Shown: piece by piece, positions 38,631-48,071 of the stretch
How positions within the stretch are numbered: position 1 is the stretch's first letter
Layout: every line of letters starts with the position of its first letter
Origin: Candidatus Sungiibacteriota bacterium
GTDB lineage: Bacteria; Patescibacteriota; Minisyncoccia; Sungbacterales; HO2-52-23
Direction of reading: 5' to 3'
DNA: 64,000 bases
Assembly (NCBI GenBank): GCA_016432465.1
Contig: CP066690.1
Span: forward strand, 590,823-654,822
Translations under genes and position numbers: made by a program
The notes under the pieces: model-generated
Database searches by the model: none
The model's input: the letters and a program-made list of their open reading frames with translations, nothing else
What the model was told of the DNA's origin: nothing

Positions 38631-38645
38631 TAAAAGACATAATTT

Positions 38646-39053
38646 ATGTTACAGCCCAAAAAAGTAAAACACCGCAAGTGGCAAAAAGGACGTCGGGGCG
38701 GCAAGGAAACGCGCGGCACTGAACTTGCCTTTGGCTCCTATGGGTTAAAGGCGCTGGAGGCACGCTGGATTACGGCGCGTCAAGTTGAAGCCGCTCGTCG
38801 GGCGATGACGCATTACGTTCAGCGCGGTGGTAAAATATGGATCCGTATTTTTCCTGATAAACCAGTAACCAAAAAACCGCCTGAAGTGACGCTAGGCGGC
38901 GGTAAGGGGTCAGTAGATCACTATGTGGTTCCGGTAAAACCGGGCAGAATACTTTTTGAAATGGATGGTGTCAGCGAAGAAGTGGCGGAAGAAGCCATGA
39001 GGCTGGCTGGCCATAAACTACCCATTAAGACCAAGTTTGTTAAAAGGTCATGA
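38646..39053 (+). CDS. rplP: 50S ribosomal protein uL16
   Basis: [21 protein letters not shown]. Confidence 0.98.
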   Translation: MLQPKKVKHRKWQKGRRGGKETRGTELAFGSYGLKALEARWITARQVEAARRAMTHYVQRGGKIWIRIFPDKPVTKKPPEVTLGGGKGSVDHYVVPVKPGRILFEMDGVSEEVAEEAMRLAGHKLPIKTKFVKRS

Positions 39054-39258
39054 GTCCCGTTAGAGAGGAGGGTCGTCTCTGACGGGGGTTACAATATGTA
39101 TAGGAACCATAGAACCAAGTTAGTTATCAAGATTAACCATAAATCCCGTTAGAGATATGGAACTAAATGCGGTTTGTAGGATATCAATGTATGCGGAACG
39201 CGTCTTACTGCATGTTTCCATACGTAATAAATCTCTAACGGGATAAATCTCTAACGGG
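39054..39258. mobile_element. Nested CCCGTTAGAGA..TCTCTAACGGG elements
   Basis: Outer unit flanked by an ATGA duplication. Inner unit 39144-39243 flanked by TAAA. Confidence 0.8.
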
Positions 39259-39450
39259 ATGAAAGTTAATGAATTAATAAAAAAATCCCAAGAGGAGCTA
39301 GAGGTACTGCTTGAGGAAAAGAGGCAAAAACAGGAAGAAATGGGGCGGTTGCTTCATCAGAAAAAGATAAAAAATGTAAAGGAGCTCTGGGCTATTAAAA
39401 AAGACATTGCCCGCATATTAACTATTTTAAAATCCTATGAGGCATCTTAA
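39259..39450 (+). CDS. rpmC: 50S ribosomal protein uL29
   Basis: KKDIARILT and synteny. Confidence 0.93.
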   Translation: MKVNELIKKSQEELEVLLEEKRQKQEEMGRLLHQKKIKNVKELWAIKKDIARILTILKSYEAS

Positions 39451-39709
39451 GGGTATTGTAGTTTCAAATAAAATGCAAAAAACGGTCATAGTAAGAGTTG
39501 ACCGTCTTAAAAAGCACCCCCGTTATCATAAGTACTACCGTATCTCTAAGCGTTTCAAAGCGCATGACGAGGCTGGTGAATACAAGACGGGCGACGTTGT
39601 GATTATTGAAGAAACAAGGCCTTATTCTAGAGGTAAACGTTGGACAGTCAAAGGTCTGCTTAAACGCGAAGCGGCGGCGGAGTCTGAGTTGCCGGAGGAA
39701 CAATCATGA
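39437..39709 (+). CDS. rpsQ: 30S ribosomal protein uS17
   Basis: [20 protein letters not shown]. Confidence 0.97.
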   Translation: MRHLKGIVVSNKMQKTVIVRVDRLKKHPRYHKYYRISKRFKAHDEAGEYKTGDVVIIEETRPYSRGKRWTVKGLLKREAAAESELPEEQS

Positions 39710-40071
39710 TTCAAACACGTTCCATGTTAAAAGTAGCCGATAACTCCGGGGCAAAACTTCTCCAAGTTATTAAAGTTTTAGGTGGGACAAGGCGCCGCTA
39801 TGCGCGTCTTGGAGATTTGGTGGTAGCTTCGGTAAAGGTTGCCGAGCCGCGCAAGGCCGTAAAGAAAAAGGATGTGGTGCGGGCTGTTATTGTCCGGGAA
39901 CGGGCCCCCTATCGTAGAAAAGACGGCTCTTACGTTCGTTTTGACGATAATGCTGCCGTGGTTGTGGATGGTTTTGATCCCAAGGGTGGTCGTATTTTTG
40001 GGCCGGTGGCGAGGGAGTTAAGAGATCGGGGATATACAAAAATTATTTCATTAGCATCCGAGGTTGTATGA
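39706..40071 (+). CDS. rplN: 50S ribosomal protein uL14
   Basis: [18 protein letters not shown]. Confidence 0.98.
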   Translation: MIQTRSMLKVADNSGAKLLQVIKVLGGTRRRYARLGDLVVASVKVAEPRKAVKKKDVVRAVIVRERAPYRRKDGSYVRFDDNAAVVVDGFDPKGGRIFGPVARELRDRGYTKIISLASEVV

Positions 40072-40379
40072 TGAAAATAAAAAAAGGCGACCAAGTGCAA
40101 ATTATTTCCGGAAACGATAAAGGGAAAAAAGGAAAGGTTATTGCGGTTTTGCCCCAAGAAAGAAAGATAGTGGTAGAGGGGGTAAATATCAAGAAAAAAC
40201 ATGTAAGGCCGCGCTCTCAGGGCAAAAAGGGGGAGTTAGTCAAGGTGCCTCTCCCGTTTTCCGTATCGCGGGCAATGCTGATCTGCGGAAAGTGCGCAAA
40301 ACCCACACGCGCTGGGTTAAAAATAAACGCGTCCCGTCAAAAAGCAAGAGTCTGTAAAAAATGCGGAGGCGAGTTTTGA
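40068..40379 (+). CDS. rplX: 50S ribosomal protein uL24
   Basis: [18 protein letters not shown]. Confidence 0.97.
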   Translation: MMKIKKGDQVQIISGNDKGKKGKVIAVLPQERKIVVEGVNIKKKHVRPRSQGKKGELVKVPLPFSVSRAMLICGKCAKPTRAGLKINASRQKARVCKKCGGEF

Positions 40380-40380
40380 A

Positions 40381-40917
40381 ATGCCAACACTACAAGAAAA
40401 ATACAAAAAGGAAGTAGTCCCCGCGATGCGGACCAAGTTTGGCTACAAAAACATAATGGCCGTACCCAAAATCACGAAGGTGGTGGTAAATGTAGGGGTG
40501 GGAAAATTGCACGATTCCAAAGAGCGTGAAGAGGTACAGAGATATTTAGCGTTAATCACTGGTCAGAAATCAAGTTCCCGTCCGGCTAAAAAAGCTATTG
40601 CCGCTTTTAAAACAAGAAAAGGGCTGGTTATCGGTTATCGGGTTACGCTTCGCGATAAACGGATGTATGATTTTTTGTCGCGTCTGGTCAACGTTGCTCT
40701 TCCCCGTACCCGTGACTTTCAAGGAATTGACCCAGGGTCGTTTGATCCGGCGGGCAATTTGACTATTGGTGTAAAAGAGCATATGGTATTCCCAGAGATA
40801 ATCGGTGAGGACTACCGATTTTTGTTTGGGCTGGAAGTAACTGTGGTGACTACGGCAAAGAAAAAGGAGGAGGGCATAGAGTTATTGAAGTTGATAGGAT
40901 TCCCCATAAGAAGTTAA
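40381..40917 (+). CDS. rplE: 50S ribosomal protein uL5
   Basis: KVVVNVGVG, ITGQK, LPRTRDFQG. Confidence 0.98.
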   Translation: MPTLQEKYKKEVVPAMRTKFGYKNIMAVPKITKVVVNVGVGKLHDSKEREEVQRYLALITGQKSSSRPAKKAIAAFKTRKGLVIGYRVTLRDKRMYDFLSRLVNVALPRTRDFQGIDPGSFDPAGNLTIGVKEHMVFPEIIGEDYRFLFGLEVTVVTTAKKKEEGIELLKLIGFPIRS

Positions 40918-40924
40918 AAGTATG

Positions 40925-41076
40925 GCATCCCCCGCCAATTTTGCGGGGTATGACACAAGCGAAACGCTTCGCCCAAAGAGGGACGGCCTATCCGGCCACG
41001 CATTTCGCGAAAGTTACACACGAGCATCAAAATTGGACAGTATACCTGATTCAACGGCAAAATTGGAGGGGGATGC
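40925..41076. mobile_element. MITE-like element, family B copy 2
   Basis: TIR GCATCCCCCGCCAATTTTGC/GCAAAATTGGAGGGGGATGC. Inverted homolog of 671-828. Confidence 0.75.
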
Positions 41077-41127
41077 TCATGATTGTAACTAAATTTTATT
41101 CGCTTATGCTCTAAAATTTAGACAATC

Positions 41128-41313
41128 ATGGCAAAACAATCCGTTATAGCCAGAGCATTAAAACCACCAAAGTATAAGTCGCGAGTTGTGCGGCGCTGTT
41201 TTCGGTGTGGTAGAAAACGGGGCTATATCCGGGACTTTGATCTCTGCCGTATTTGTTTTAGGGAGCTGGCCAACCGAGGCGAGATACCGGGGATAAAAAA
41301 GTCATCGTGGTAA
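41128..41313 (+). CDS. rpsN: 30S ribosomal protein uS14 (Zn-binding type)
   Basis: [15 protein letters not shown]. Confidence 0.97.
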   Translation: MAKQSVIARALKPPKYKSRVVRRCFRCGRKRGYIRDFDLCRICFRELANRGEIPGIKKSSW

Positions 41314-41316
41314 ATC

Positions 41317-41420
41317 AGTTTAAGGTTTGGAGTTATAAGTTAAAGTTCGTAGTTATAAGTTTACGTTAAACCTTAACAAAAAACTTAAAACTAAAACTTA
41401 AAACTTTCAACTTAGAACTG
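41317..41420. repeat. Heptamer-periodic inverted repeat
   Basis: AGTT-periodic arm, GTTAAACCTTAAC centre, AACT-periodic arm. Confidence 0.7.
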
Positions 41421-41424
41421 GAGT

Positions 41425-41808
41425 ATGGATCCAATATCTGACATGTTTATAAGGATTAAAAACGCTAGCCGCGCGGGACACGAGACCGTGCTTCTTCCGT
41501 ATTCTAAATTTAAACATGAGCTTGCGAAGGTGCTGGAGAAGTCGGGTTTTGTTAAAGCGGTTGAGCGAAAAGGCAAGCGGGTGCGAAAATCTCTGGAAGT
41601 TGTGCTGAAGTATGAAAATGATGAGCCGGCCATCCATGAGATTAAACTTATTTCCAAGGCCAGCCGCAGGGTTTATGCGCCCTACCGTAAATTGGGCAGA
41701 CAACGCCATGGCGGTATTATTATTGTTTCGACGCCTAAGGGAGTCATGATGAGTTCAGAAGCAAAGAAACAAAAGGTCGGCGGAGAGTTTATTGCGGAGG
41801 TGTGGTAA
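41425..41808 (+). CDS. rpsH: 30S ribosomal protein uS8
   Basis: DPISDMFIRIKNA, STPKGVM, GGE. Confidence 0.97.
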   Translation: MDPISDMFIRIKNASRAGHETVLLPYSKFKHELAKVLEKSGFVKAVERKGKRVRKSLEVVLKYENDEPAIHEIKLISKASRRVYAPYRKLGRQRHGGIIIVSTPKGVMMSSEAKKQKVGGEFIAEVW

Positions 41809-41810
41809 AA

Positions 41811-42353
41811 ATGTCACGCATTGGTAAAAAACCAATACCTGTTCCGGTCGGCGTTGCGGTTTCACTTGATGGGTCCAACTTAGTAGTTAAGGGTCCCAAG
41901 GGCGAGCTTACACGACTCCTGCATCCGGATATTGCTATTGAGATAAAGGAAGGAGAAATTTCTGTTACCACACGCCGTCAGACCAAAAAAACGCCGGCCC
42001 TCTGGGGACTTTTCAGGTCGCTAATCGCCAATATGATAGTTGGGGTAACGGCAGGGTATGAAAAAAAACTTGAATTTGAAGGGGTTGGGTATCGCGCAAA
42101 TTTGGAAGGCGACACGTTGATCATGCAGCTTGGTTTTTCTCACCCTGCTCGTCTGGAAGCTCCTTCCGGGATAAAATTTTCTGTTGAGAAAAACTCCATT
42201 ACAATATTGGGTATAGACAAGGAATTGGTAGGCGAGACTGCGGCTCGTTTAAGGTCACTTAAACCAGTTGAACCATATAAAGGCAAGGGCATACGCTACA
42301 AGGGCGAAATTGTTCGTCGCAAGGCAGGCAAAAAAGCCGTGGCTGCGGCATAA
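41811..42353 (+). CDS. rplF: 50S ribosomal protein uL6
   Basis: MSRIGKKP, EPYKGKGIRY. Confidence 0.98.
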   Translation: MSRIGKKPIPVPVGVAVSLDGSNLVVKGPKGELTRLLHPDIAIEIKEGEISVTTRRQTKKTPALWGLFRSLIANMIVGVTAGYEKKLEFEGVGYRANLEGDTLIMQLGFSHPARLEAPSGIKFSVEKNSITILGIDKELVGETAARLRSLKPVEPYKGKGIRYKGEIVRRKAGKKAVAAA

Positions 42354-42357
42354 ATAA

Positions 42358-42711
42358 ATGAAAACAAGAAAAGACAAAAGAACACAGCGCCATCGTAGAG
42401 TACGCGCAAGAATTAAGGGAACAGACGAGCGTCCGCGCCTTTCTGCATTCAAGTCAAACAGACATCTTATGCTTCAGCTTATTGACGATATTGTCGGTAA
42501 AACGTTGGTAGCCGCCAACGATACCGAAGTGTCCATAAAAAAGACAAAAGGTTCACTATTGGTACGTGCGGGAAAAGTCGGGGAGTTATTGGCCAAAAGA
42601 GCCCTGGAAAAGAAAATAAAACAGGCGGTTTTTGACCGAGGTGGTTATAAATACCATGGTATAGTCAAGGCAGCGTCCGATGGGGCGCGTAAGGGCGGAC
42701 TTACTTTTTAA
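42358..42711 (+). CDS. rplR: 50S ribosomal protein uL18
   Basis: RPRL, FDRGGYKYHG. Confidence 0.97.
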   Translation: MKTRKDKRTQRHRRVRARIKGTDERPRLSAFKSNRHLMLQLIDDIVGKTLVAANDTEVSIKKTKGSLLVRAGKVGELLAKRALEKKIKQAVFDRGGYKYHGIVKAASDGARKGGLTF

Positions 42712-42713
42712 CT

Positions 42714-43241
42714 ATGATCAAACGCGAACGAAAATCTGGTCAGGATTTTGGACGTGAAAGATCTGAATTTGATCAGACTGTTTTGGACGTCCGCAGAACG
42801 GCGCGGGTAGTGGCCGGGGGAAGACGTTTTACTTTTCGCGCCACGGTGGTGATTGGCAATCGTAATGGAAAAGTTGGGTTGGGTATTGGTAAGGGGGCTG
42901 ATGTTGCTTCAGCCGTGGAAAAGGCAGTATATCAGGCAAAGAAAAATGTAATAATAGTTCCTCTGACCAGCTCCTACTCAATTCCTCACGAAGTTTCAGC
43001 GAAATTCTCTTCGGCCCGCATTATTTTAAAGCCGTCGCGTGAGGGCAGGGGACTTGTGGCTGGCGGTCCGGTGCGAACCATTGCTGGTCTTGTGGGTATA
43101 AAAAATCTTACGTCAAAAATTATTTCCCGTACTGTTAATAAACTTAATAATGCGGGTGCGACTATGGAGGCTTTAAAAAAACTGAAACAGCCGTCTAAAA
43201 ATAATCGTTATGCAACTGCATCAGTTGAGGCCGCAAAATAA
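42714..43241 (+). CDS. rpsE: 30S ribosomal protein uS5
   Basis: VVAGGRRFTF, GLVAGGPVR. Confidence 0.97.
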   Translation: MIKRERKSGQDFGRERSEFDQTVLDVRRTARVVAGGRRFTFRATVVIGNRNGKVGLGIGKGADVASAVEKAVYQAKKNVIIVPLTSSYSIPHEVSAKFSSARIILKPSREGRGLVAGGPVRTIAGLVGIKNLTSKIISRTVNKLNNAGATMEALKKLKQPSKNNRYATASVEAAK

Positions 43242-43617
43242 AATAAGGCGTTCTCGAAGAATAGGGCGCGGCGGAAAACGCGGCACTTATTCGGGTCGCG
43301 GTATTAAGGGTCAGCGCGCCCGGGCCGGCGCCAAAATTAGGCCGGCCGAGCGCGAAATTTTGAAAAAAATCCCGAAACTCCGCGGCTATAAATTTAAGTC
43401 TTGGCGCAAAAGACCAGTTGTAGTAAATCTCGCGGCGATTAATGAAAAATTTAAGTCGGGCGACACCGTATCGCCGGAAAGTTTGTTAAAAGCCGGACTT
43501 GTGAGTAGAATAAAAGGAAGGATTCCTCCGGTCAAAATTTTAGGCAAGGGAGAACTAAAAAAGAAAATTATTTTTAAGGACGTAAATTTCTCCAAGACGG
43601 CAAAATCCAAGCTCTAA
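43210..43617 (+). CDS. rplO: 50S ribosomal protein uL15
   Basis: RIGRGGKRGTYSGRGIKGQ, VKILGKG. Confidence 0.96.
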   Translation: MQLHQLRPQNKIRRSRRIGRGGKRGTYSGRGIKGQRARAGAKIRPAEREILKKIPKLRGYKFKSWRKRPVVVNLAAINEKFKSGDTVSPESLLKAGLVSRIKGRIPPVKILGKGELKKKIIFKDVNFSKTAKSKL

Positions 43618-43622
43618 TAACT

Positions 43623-44894
43623 ATGCTGAAAAAACTGGCCCTGCTTTTCACCATTCCCGACCTGCGCAAAAAGGTATTTTTTATTTTTGCAATACTCGTG
43701 GTTTTTCGTATTGCGGCGGCAATCCCCGTGCCGGGTGTTGATCCGGTGCGTCTTAAAGCGTTTCTTGGCGGCAACCAGTTTTTTGGTCTTTTAAATATTT
43801 TTTCCGGAGGAGTGCTTGATAACTTGTCTATTGTTATGTTGGGTGTCGGGCCCTACATAACCGCAACGATCATCATGCAGCTTTTGACTATGATCGTGCC
43901 GCGCCTCAAAGAAATGTATCAGGAGGAGGGTGAGGCGGGGAGGACACGTTTTAACCAATACTCCCGTCTGCTTACTGTACCTTTAGCCTTGCTTCAGTCT
44001 TACGGGCTTCTCGTGCTTTTAATCCGTCAGCAGGTTATTCCTTCCCCCACAATTTTTGGTTATCTCTCCAACATGATTATTGCTACTGCCGGTACCATGT
44101 TTTTGATGTGGTTGGGCGAGCTGATAACGGAAAAAAATATCGGCAACGGCGTCTCCCTGATTATTTTTGCGGGTATTGTTTCGCGTCTCCCTTTTTCTAT
44201 TCAGCAGGAGCTGTTTACCTTTACTCCAGACCGAGTCCCTACCTATTTTGCTTTTGCGGCGGTGGCGCTCATTGTTATTGCCGGCGTTATTATTATTTCC
44301 GAAGGACAGCGCAACGTGCCGGTCTCTTACGCTAAACGCATCCGCGGGATGCGCATGTATGGAGGGGTTTCCACCCACCTGCCCCTGCGAGTAAATCAGG
44401 CGGGGGTTATTCCTATTATTTTTGCGATTTCCATAATTCTTTTTCCGGGACTTATAGGAAGTTTTCTTGCCGGCGTGCCCAACCAGTTTGTTCAGGAGGC
44501 TTCTCGTTTTCTGATTCAGATTTTTAATAATCGCTGGTTTTACGGTATAATTTACTTTTTGCTTGTTTTTATCTTTACTTATTTTTATACCGCAGTTACT
44601 TTTGATCCCAAGGCCATTTCCGAAAATATTCAAAAGCAGGGCGGGTTTGTTTTGGGTATAAGGCCGGGCAGGCCCACGGCGGAGTTTCTCTACAACATCT
44701 TGAACCGTATCACTCTTGCCGGGGGACTTTTTTTGGGAGCAGTGGCCGTGCTTCCGCTTCTGGTACAGGGCGTTTTTGGAATACGCGCCCTGACCTTGGG
44801 AGGCACCGCGCTTTTAATAGTTGTGTCTGTGGTTCTTGAAACCGTAAAGCAGATTAACGCCCAGTTAGTTATGCGAGAATATGAAAACATATAA
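43623..44894 (+). CDS. secY: Preprotein translocase SecY
   Basis: LGVGPYITA, IGNGVSLIIFAGI, GIRPG, GGTALLIVV. Confidence 0.98.
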   Translation: MLKKLALLFTIPDLRKKVFFIFAILVVFRIAAAIPVPGVDPVRLKAFLGGNQFFGLLNIFSGGVLDNLSIVMLGVGPYITATIIMQLLTMIVPRLKEMYQEEGEAGRTRFNQYSRLLTVPLALLQSYGLLVLLIRQQVIPSPTIFGYLSNMIIATAGTMFLMWLGELITEKNIGNGVSLIIFAGIVSRLPFSIQQELFTFTPDRVPTYFAFAAVALIVIAGVIIISEGQRNVPVSYAKRIRGMRMYGGVSTHLPLRVNQAGVIPIIFAISIILFPGLIGSFLAGVPNQFVQEASRFLIQIFNNRWFYGIIYFLLVFIFTYFYTAVTFDPKAISENIQKQGGFVLGIRPGRPTAEFLYNILNRITLAGGLFLGAVAVLPLLVQGVFGIRALTLGGTALLIVVSVVLETVKQINAQLVMREYENI

Positions 44895-44967
44895 CCCGAT
44901 GCGAGTTTCTTGGTAATTCGGTCATCTCTTGACTGTTTTGGTAGCGTAAAGAAATATAAGAAACGTC

Positions 44968-45585
44968 ATGAAAAATACGCAATTAAAAAATAAATTAGCT
45001 ACGGTGATTCTGGGCCGTTCTGGTTCTGGAAAAGGGACGCAGGCCAAGTTTATTGTGCAGCGTCTAAAAAAATACGGAGTGCGGCATTTAGAGACAGGGG
45101 AACTTTTGCGGTCTATCGTTAAAACTGACAACCTTACTACACAGATAATCCGGCAGGTTATGAAAACCGGCGGTTTGGTCCCCGGTTGGGTAGCAGCATT
45201 TGCGTGGCTGCGCGAATTGATTGTATATGGACACGCAAACAAGCATTTGGTTTTTGACGGTGCCCCGCGAAGAATTTGGGAAGCAGAGCTTCTGGACGAG
45301 GTAATGCGTTGGCACGGTCGGTCCATGCCCTATTGTCTTTACATTGATGTTGGTGCAAGAGAGGCCACGCGTCGGCTTCTGGCTCGTGGCCGGAGTGACG
45401 ACACGCCGTCGGCGGTTCGTAATCGTATGAAGTTTTTTCAGGACCACGTTCTTACCGTACTTAAATACTACAAGCGTCAAGGACGCCTAATACATATTAA
45501 CGGAGAACAGTCCGTTAAGGCGATTTGGCGTGAGATTGATCGTACTTTGGCAAGAAAACTAGGAAGGAGGTGGCCGAGAAGATGA
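44968..45585 (+). CDS. adk: Adenylate kinase (short LID)
   Basis: GRSGSGKGTQ, FDGAPR, RGRSDD, follows secY. Confidence 0.88.
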   Translation: MKNTQLKNKLATVILGRSGSGKGTQAKFIVQRLKKYGVRHLETGELLRSIVKTDNLTTQIIRQVMKTGGLVPGWVAAFAWLRELIVYGHANKHLVFDGAPRRIWEAELLDEVMRWHGRSMPYCLYIDVGAREATRRLLARGRSDDTPSAVRNRMKFFQDHVLTVLKYYKRQGRLIHINGEQSVKAIWREIDRTLARKLGRRWPRR

Positions 45586-46361
45586 TTACAATAAAAACTT
45601 CAGAAGAAATAAAAACTTTGCGTGAGGGCGGCCGGAGGCTCGCAGAAATTCTTCAAAGGGTTGTTGCGAATGTAAAACAAGGCATCTCGACTTTTGAACT
45701 TGATAGGCTCGCCGAGAGCCTTATTTTAGCTTCCGGTGGCGCACCCGCGTTTAAGGGCTATCGCATCAAAGAGACCCGCAAATCTTATCCCTGCAGTCTT
45801 TGTACTTCGGTTAATGACGAAGTAGTTCATGCGATTCCAAGCCAAGACAGGTTTTTAAAAGCCGGAGACATTATCGGATTAGATATCGGTATGCGGTGGG
45901 GTGGTTTATTTACAGATATGGCCGTGACCGTTGGTATTGGCAAAATTTCTCAAGAAGCAGAGCGTTTGATCCGCATTACTAAAGAGTCTCTCGGGGTTGG
46001 AATACGGGCCGTACGGCCGGGAGCGCGGACCGGAGACGTTGGTTATGCGGTTGAGCAGCACCTAAAAAAAAATAAACTCGGAGTTATTCGTGATCTTGCA
46101 GGGCATGGCGTTGGATATGCAGTTCACGAAGAGCCGTTGATACCCAATTACGGTAAACCCGGCATCGGACCAGAACTTAAAGAGGGTATGGTGCTTGCCA
46201 TAGAACCCATGGCTACGCTTGGGGACTGGCGGGTAGTGTTGGCTGACGATGAATGGACATTTAAAACTATGGACGGAAGTTTAGCCGCGCATTTTGAACA
46301 TACTGTGATGGTGACGAGTGGGGGAGTAGAGGTCTTGACTAAAAATAGTGGTCCATGCTAG
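45582..46361 (+). CDS. map: Methionine aminopeptidase type I
   Basis: SVNDEVVH, GHGVG..HEEP, AIEPM, AHFEHT. Confidence 0.97.
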   Translation: MITIKTSEEIKTLREGGRRLAEILQRVVANVKQGISTFELDRLAESLILASGGAPAFKGYRIKETRKSYPCSLCTSVNDEVVHAIPSQDRFLKAGDIIGLDIGMRWGGLFTDMAVTVGIGKISQEAERLIRITKESLGVGIRAVRPGARTGDVGYAVEQHLKKNKLGVIRDLAGHGVGYAVHEEPLIPNYGKPGIGPELKEGMVLAIEPMATLGDWRVVLADDEWTFKTMDGSLAAHFEHTVMVTSGGVEVLTKNSGPC

Positions 46362-46394
46362 AATAGTTACGGGCCGGAAGAGGAGTGTATAGCC

Positions 46395-46817
46395 ATGTCC
46401 GGTGTGGGTGGGTTGGATTCGAGTAGAACAAGAATTTGCGAGAGCATCGGTGTGTTTACGGGAGCAACGCTTTTTGGTTATTTCTGGGGTCTATGGTTAG
46501 TCGGCTTTCTTTTTGGGTTTTTGTTTGTAGTACATTATTTTGTTGGAAGTGTTCTTTTGCGCGCTAAGAGCAGGTTTATACAGGAGGTCGGTAGTGCCAT
46601 CGCGCTTTTCTTCCTAATTCTTCCCAACGTATCTATTTTCTTGGGTTATGGGCTAAATTTAGGCCAGCAAATCTCTTTCCTGTTGAGTCTTATGCTGGGG
46701 AGCATAGTTTTTGGGGTAACAGGCTGGTTGGTGGGGAAAGCAATAGACTGTAAGAAACAAGAAAGAGAAGCCAAAAAGAGACTTGATCTGTTGATCGGGC
46801 GTAATAAAAACGAGTAG
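46395..46817 (+). CDS. Hypothetical membrane protein
   Basis: Promoter TTGACT-18-TAGAAT (46335-46364), SD GAGGAG, terminator 46817-46843, TM segments. Confidence 0.7.
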   Translation: MSGVGGLDSSRTRICESIGVFTGATLFGYFWGLWLVGFLFGFLFVVHYFVGSVLLRAKSRFIQEVGSAIALFFLILPNVSIFLGYGLNLGQQISFLLSLMLGSIVFGVTGWLVGKAIDCKKQEREAKKRLDLLIGRNKNE

Positions 46818-46950
46818 AGGCGACCATTGGTCGCTCTTTTTTTTACTCCAACTCCGCCGCTCTCTAGTTTTCTAATGTCTTTCGGAATTTTAGTAAAATA
46901 TTTTGGATATGCATTTGCGTAGAAATGCACGGGGCAGGTATACTATAGGT

Positions 46951-47340
46951 ATGCGCCACCTTGGTATAGATTATGGGGAAAAAAGAATCGGAATCGCGGT
47001 GTCTGACCCGAACGGCCAGATTGCCTTTCCACGCAAGGTGTTTTTTAATCGGGGGAATCCCCGCTTGTTGTCGGAGCTCGTCACTCTTATTGAAGAGGAA
47101 AAAGTCTCAAAAGTTATTGTTGGGCTGCCCGTAAGTCTTGACGGGAGGGAAACGGGACAAACCAAAGTTGTACGAGAATTTGCCGAAAGTTTGGAAAAAG
47201 AAGTAGCCATACCCGTAGAATTTGAAAACGAAATGCTTACTACCCGCATGGCGGAGCAGGCCGGAATTAAAAAAGAACATACGGACGAGGCCGCAGCGGC
47301 CCTTATTTTGCAGGCGTATTTAGATAGAATAAACAAATAA
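46951..47340 (+). CDS. ruvX: Pre-16S rRNA nuclease / putative HJ resolvase YqgF
   Basis: LGIDYGEKRIGIAVSD, VGLP, NEMLTT, AAALILQ. Confidence 0.93.
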   Translation: MRHLGIDYGEKRIGIAVSDPNGQIAFPRKVFFNRGNPRLLSELVTLIEEEKVSKVIVGLPVSLDGRETGQTKVVREFAESLEKEVAIPVEFENEMLTTRMAEQAGIKKEHTDEAAAALILQAYLDRINK

Positions 47341-48071
47341 TGTATTTATCTTGGATCATTCCTGCTTATAACGAAGAGAAGCGGATTGAAAAAACACTGC
47401 GCGAGGTGGATTCTTATTTGCAATCTAAAGGTTTTGCTGGCGGATATGAAATAATCGTGGTTAATGCCGCTTCTCGCGACCGAACAGCTCAAATTGTAAA
47501 CGGTTTGAGGCAGACAGTTCCCAATCTCCAGCTTTTTGACGTTGATAACCGCGGTAAGGGCTGGGCCGTTAAACAGGGGATGCTCACGGCCCAAGGCGAC
47601 CTTAGACTTTTTTCGGACGCCGACAACTCTACTGCACCAAACTATTTTGACAAAATGGAGCCGTTCCTCCGTCAGGGCTATGATGTGGTGATTTCTTCCC
47701 GAAATTCCAAAGACGTTGTCGGCGCCTCGCGTGACGTTAAAGAGCCGTGGTATCGTGAGATTCTCGGCCTCCTGGGTAATTTAATGATCCAAGTATTTGG
47801 AGTGTGGGGCATTTGGGATACGCAAAATGGTTTTAAGGCTTGTAATGCTGGAGCCGCCAAGGAAATTTTTTCGCGCACGCTGATGTACGGATTTTCTTTT
47901 GATATTGAGATGCTGGCTTTAGCCAAACGTCTGAAGTATAAGATCGGCATTATCCCTGTGCGCTGGAGATTTGAGACGGAGAGTAAGGTGACGTTGGCCT
48001 CCTACTTAAAAGTATTTTTTGACGTATTTAGGATCCGTTGGAATTTAGTTATCAATAAGTATCACTTATGA
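47340..48071 (+). CDS. GT2 glycosyltransferase (polyprenol-phosphate type)
   Basis: IIPAYNEE, NRGKG, DAD, DTQNGFK, FDIE. Confidence 0.9.
   Translation: MYLSWIIPAYNEEKRIEKTLREVDSYLQSKGFAGGYEIIVVNAASRDRTAQIVNGLRQTVPNLQLFDVDNRGKGWAVKQGMLTAQGDLRLFSDADNSTAPNYFDKMEPFLRQGYDVVISSRNSKDVVGASRDVKEPWYREILGLLGNLMIQVFGVWGIWDTQNGFKACNAGAAKEIFSRTLMYGFSFDIEMLALAKRLKYKIGIIPVRWRFETESKVTLASYLKVFFDVFRIRWNLVINKYHL

Noticed and set aside
43210-43241. Absence of rpmD (uL30) between rpsE and rplO
   Set aside because: Known CPR trait; used only as a taxonomic hint.
44019-44633. Long antisense ORFs (also 11748, 4733, 8349, 27530) and the alternate-frame ORF at 57744
   Set aside because: They are shadows of well-supported genes.
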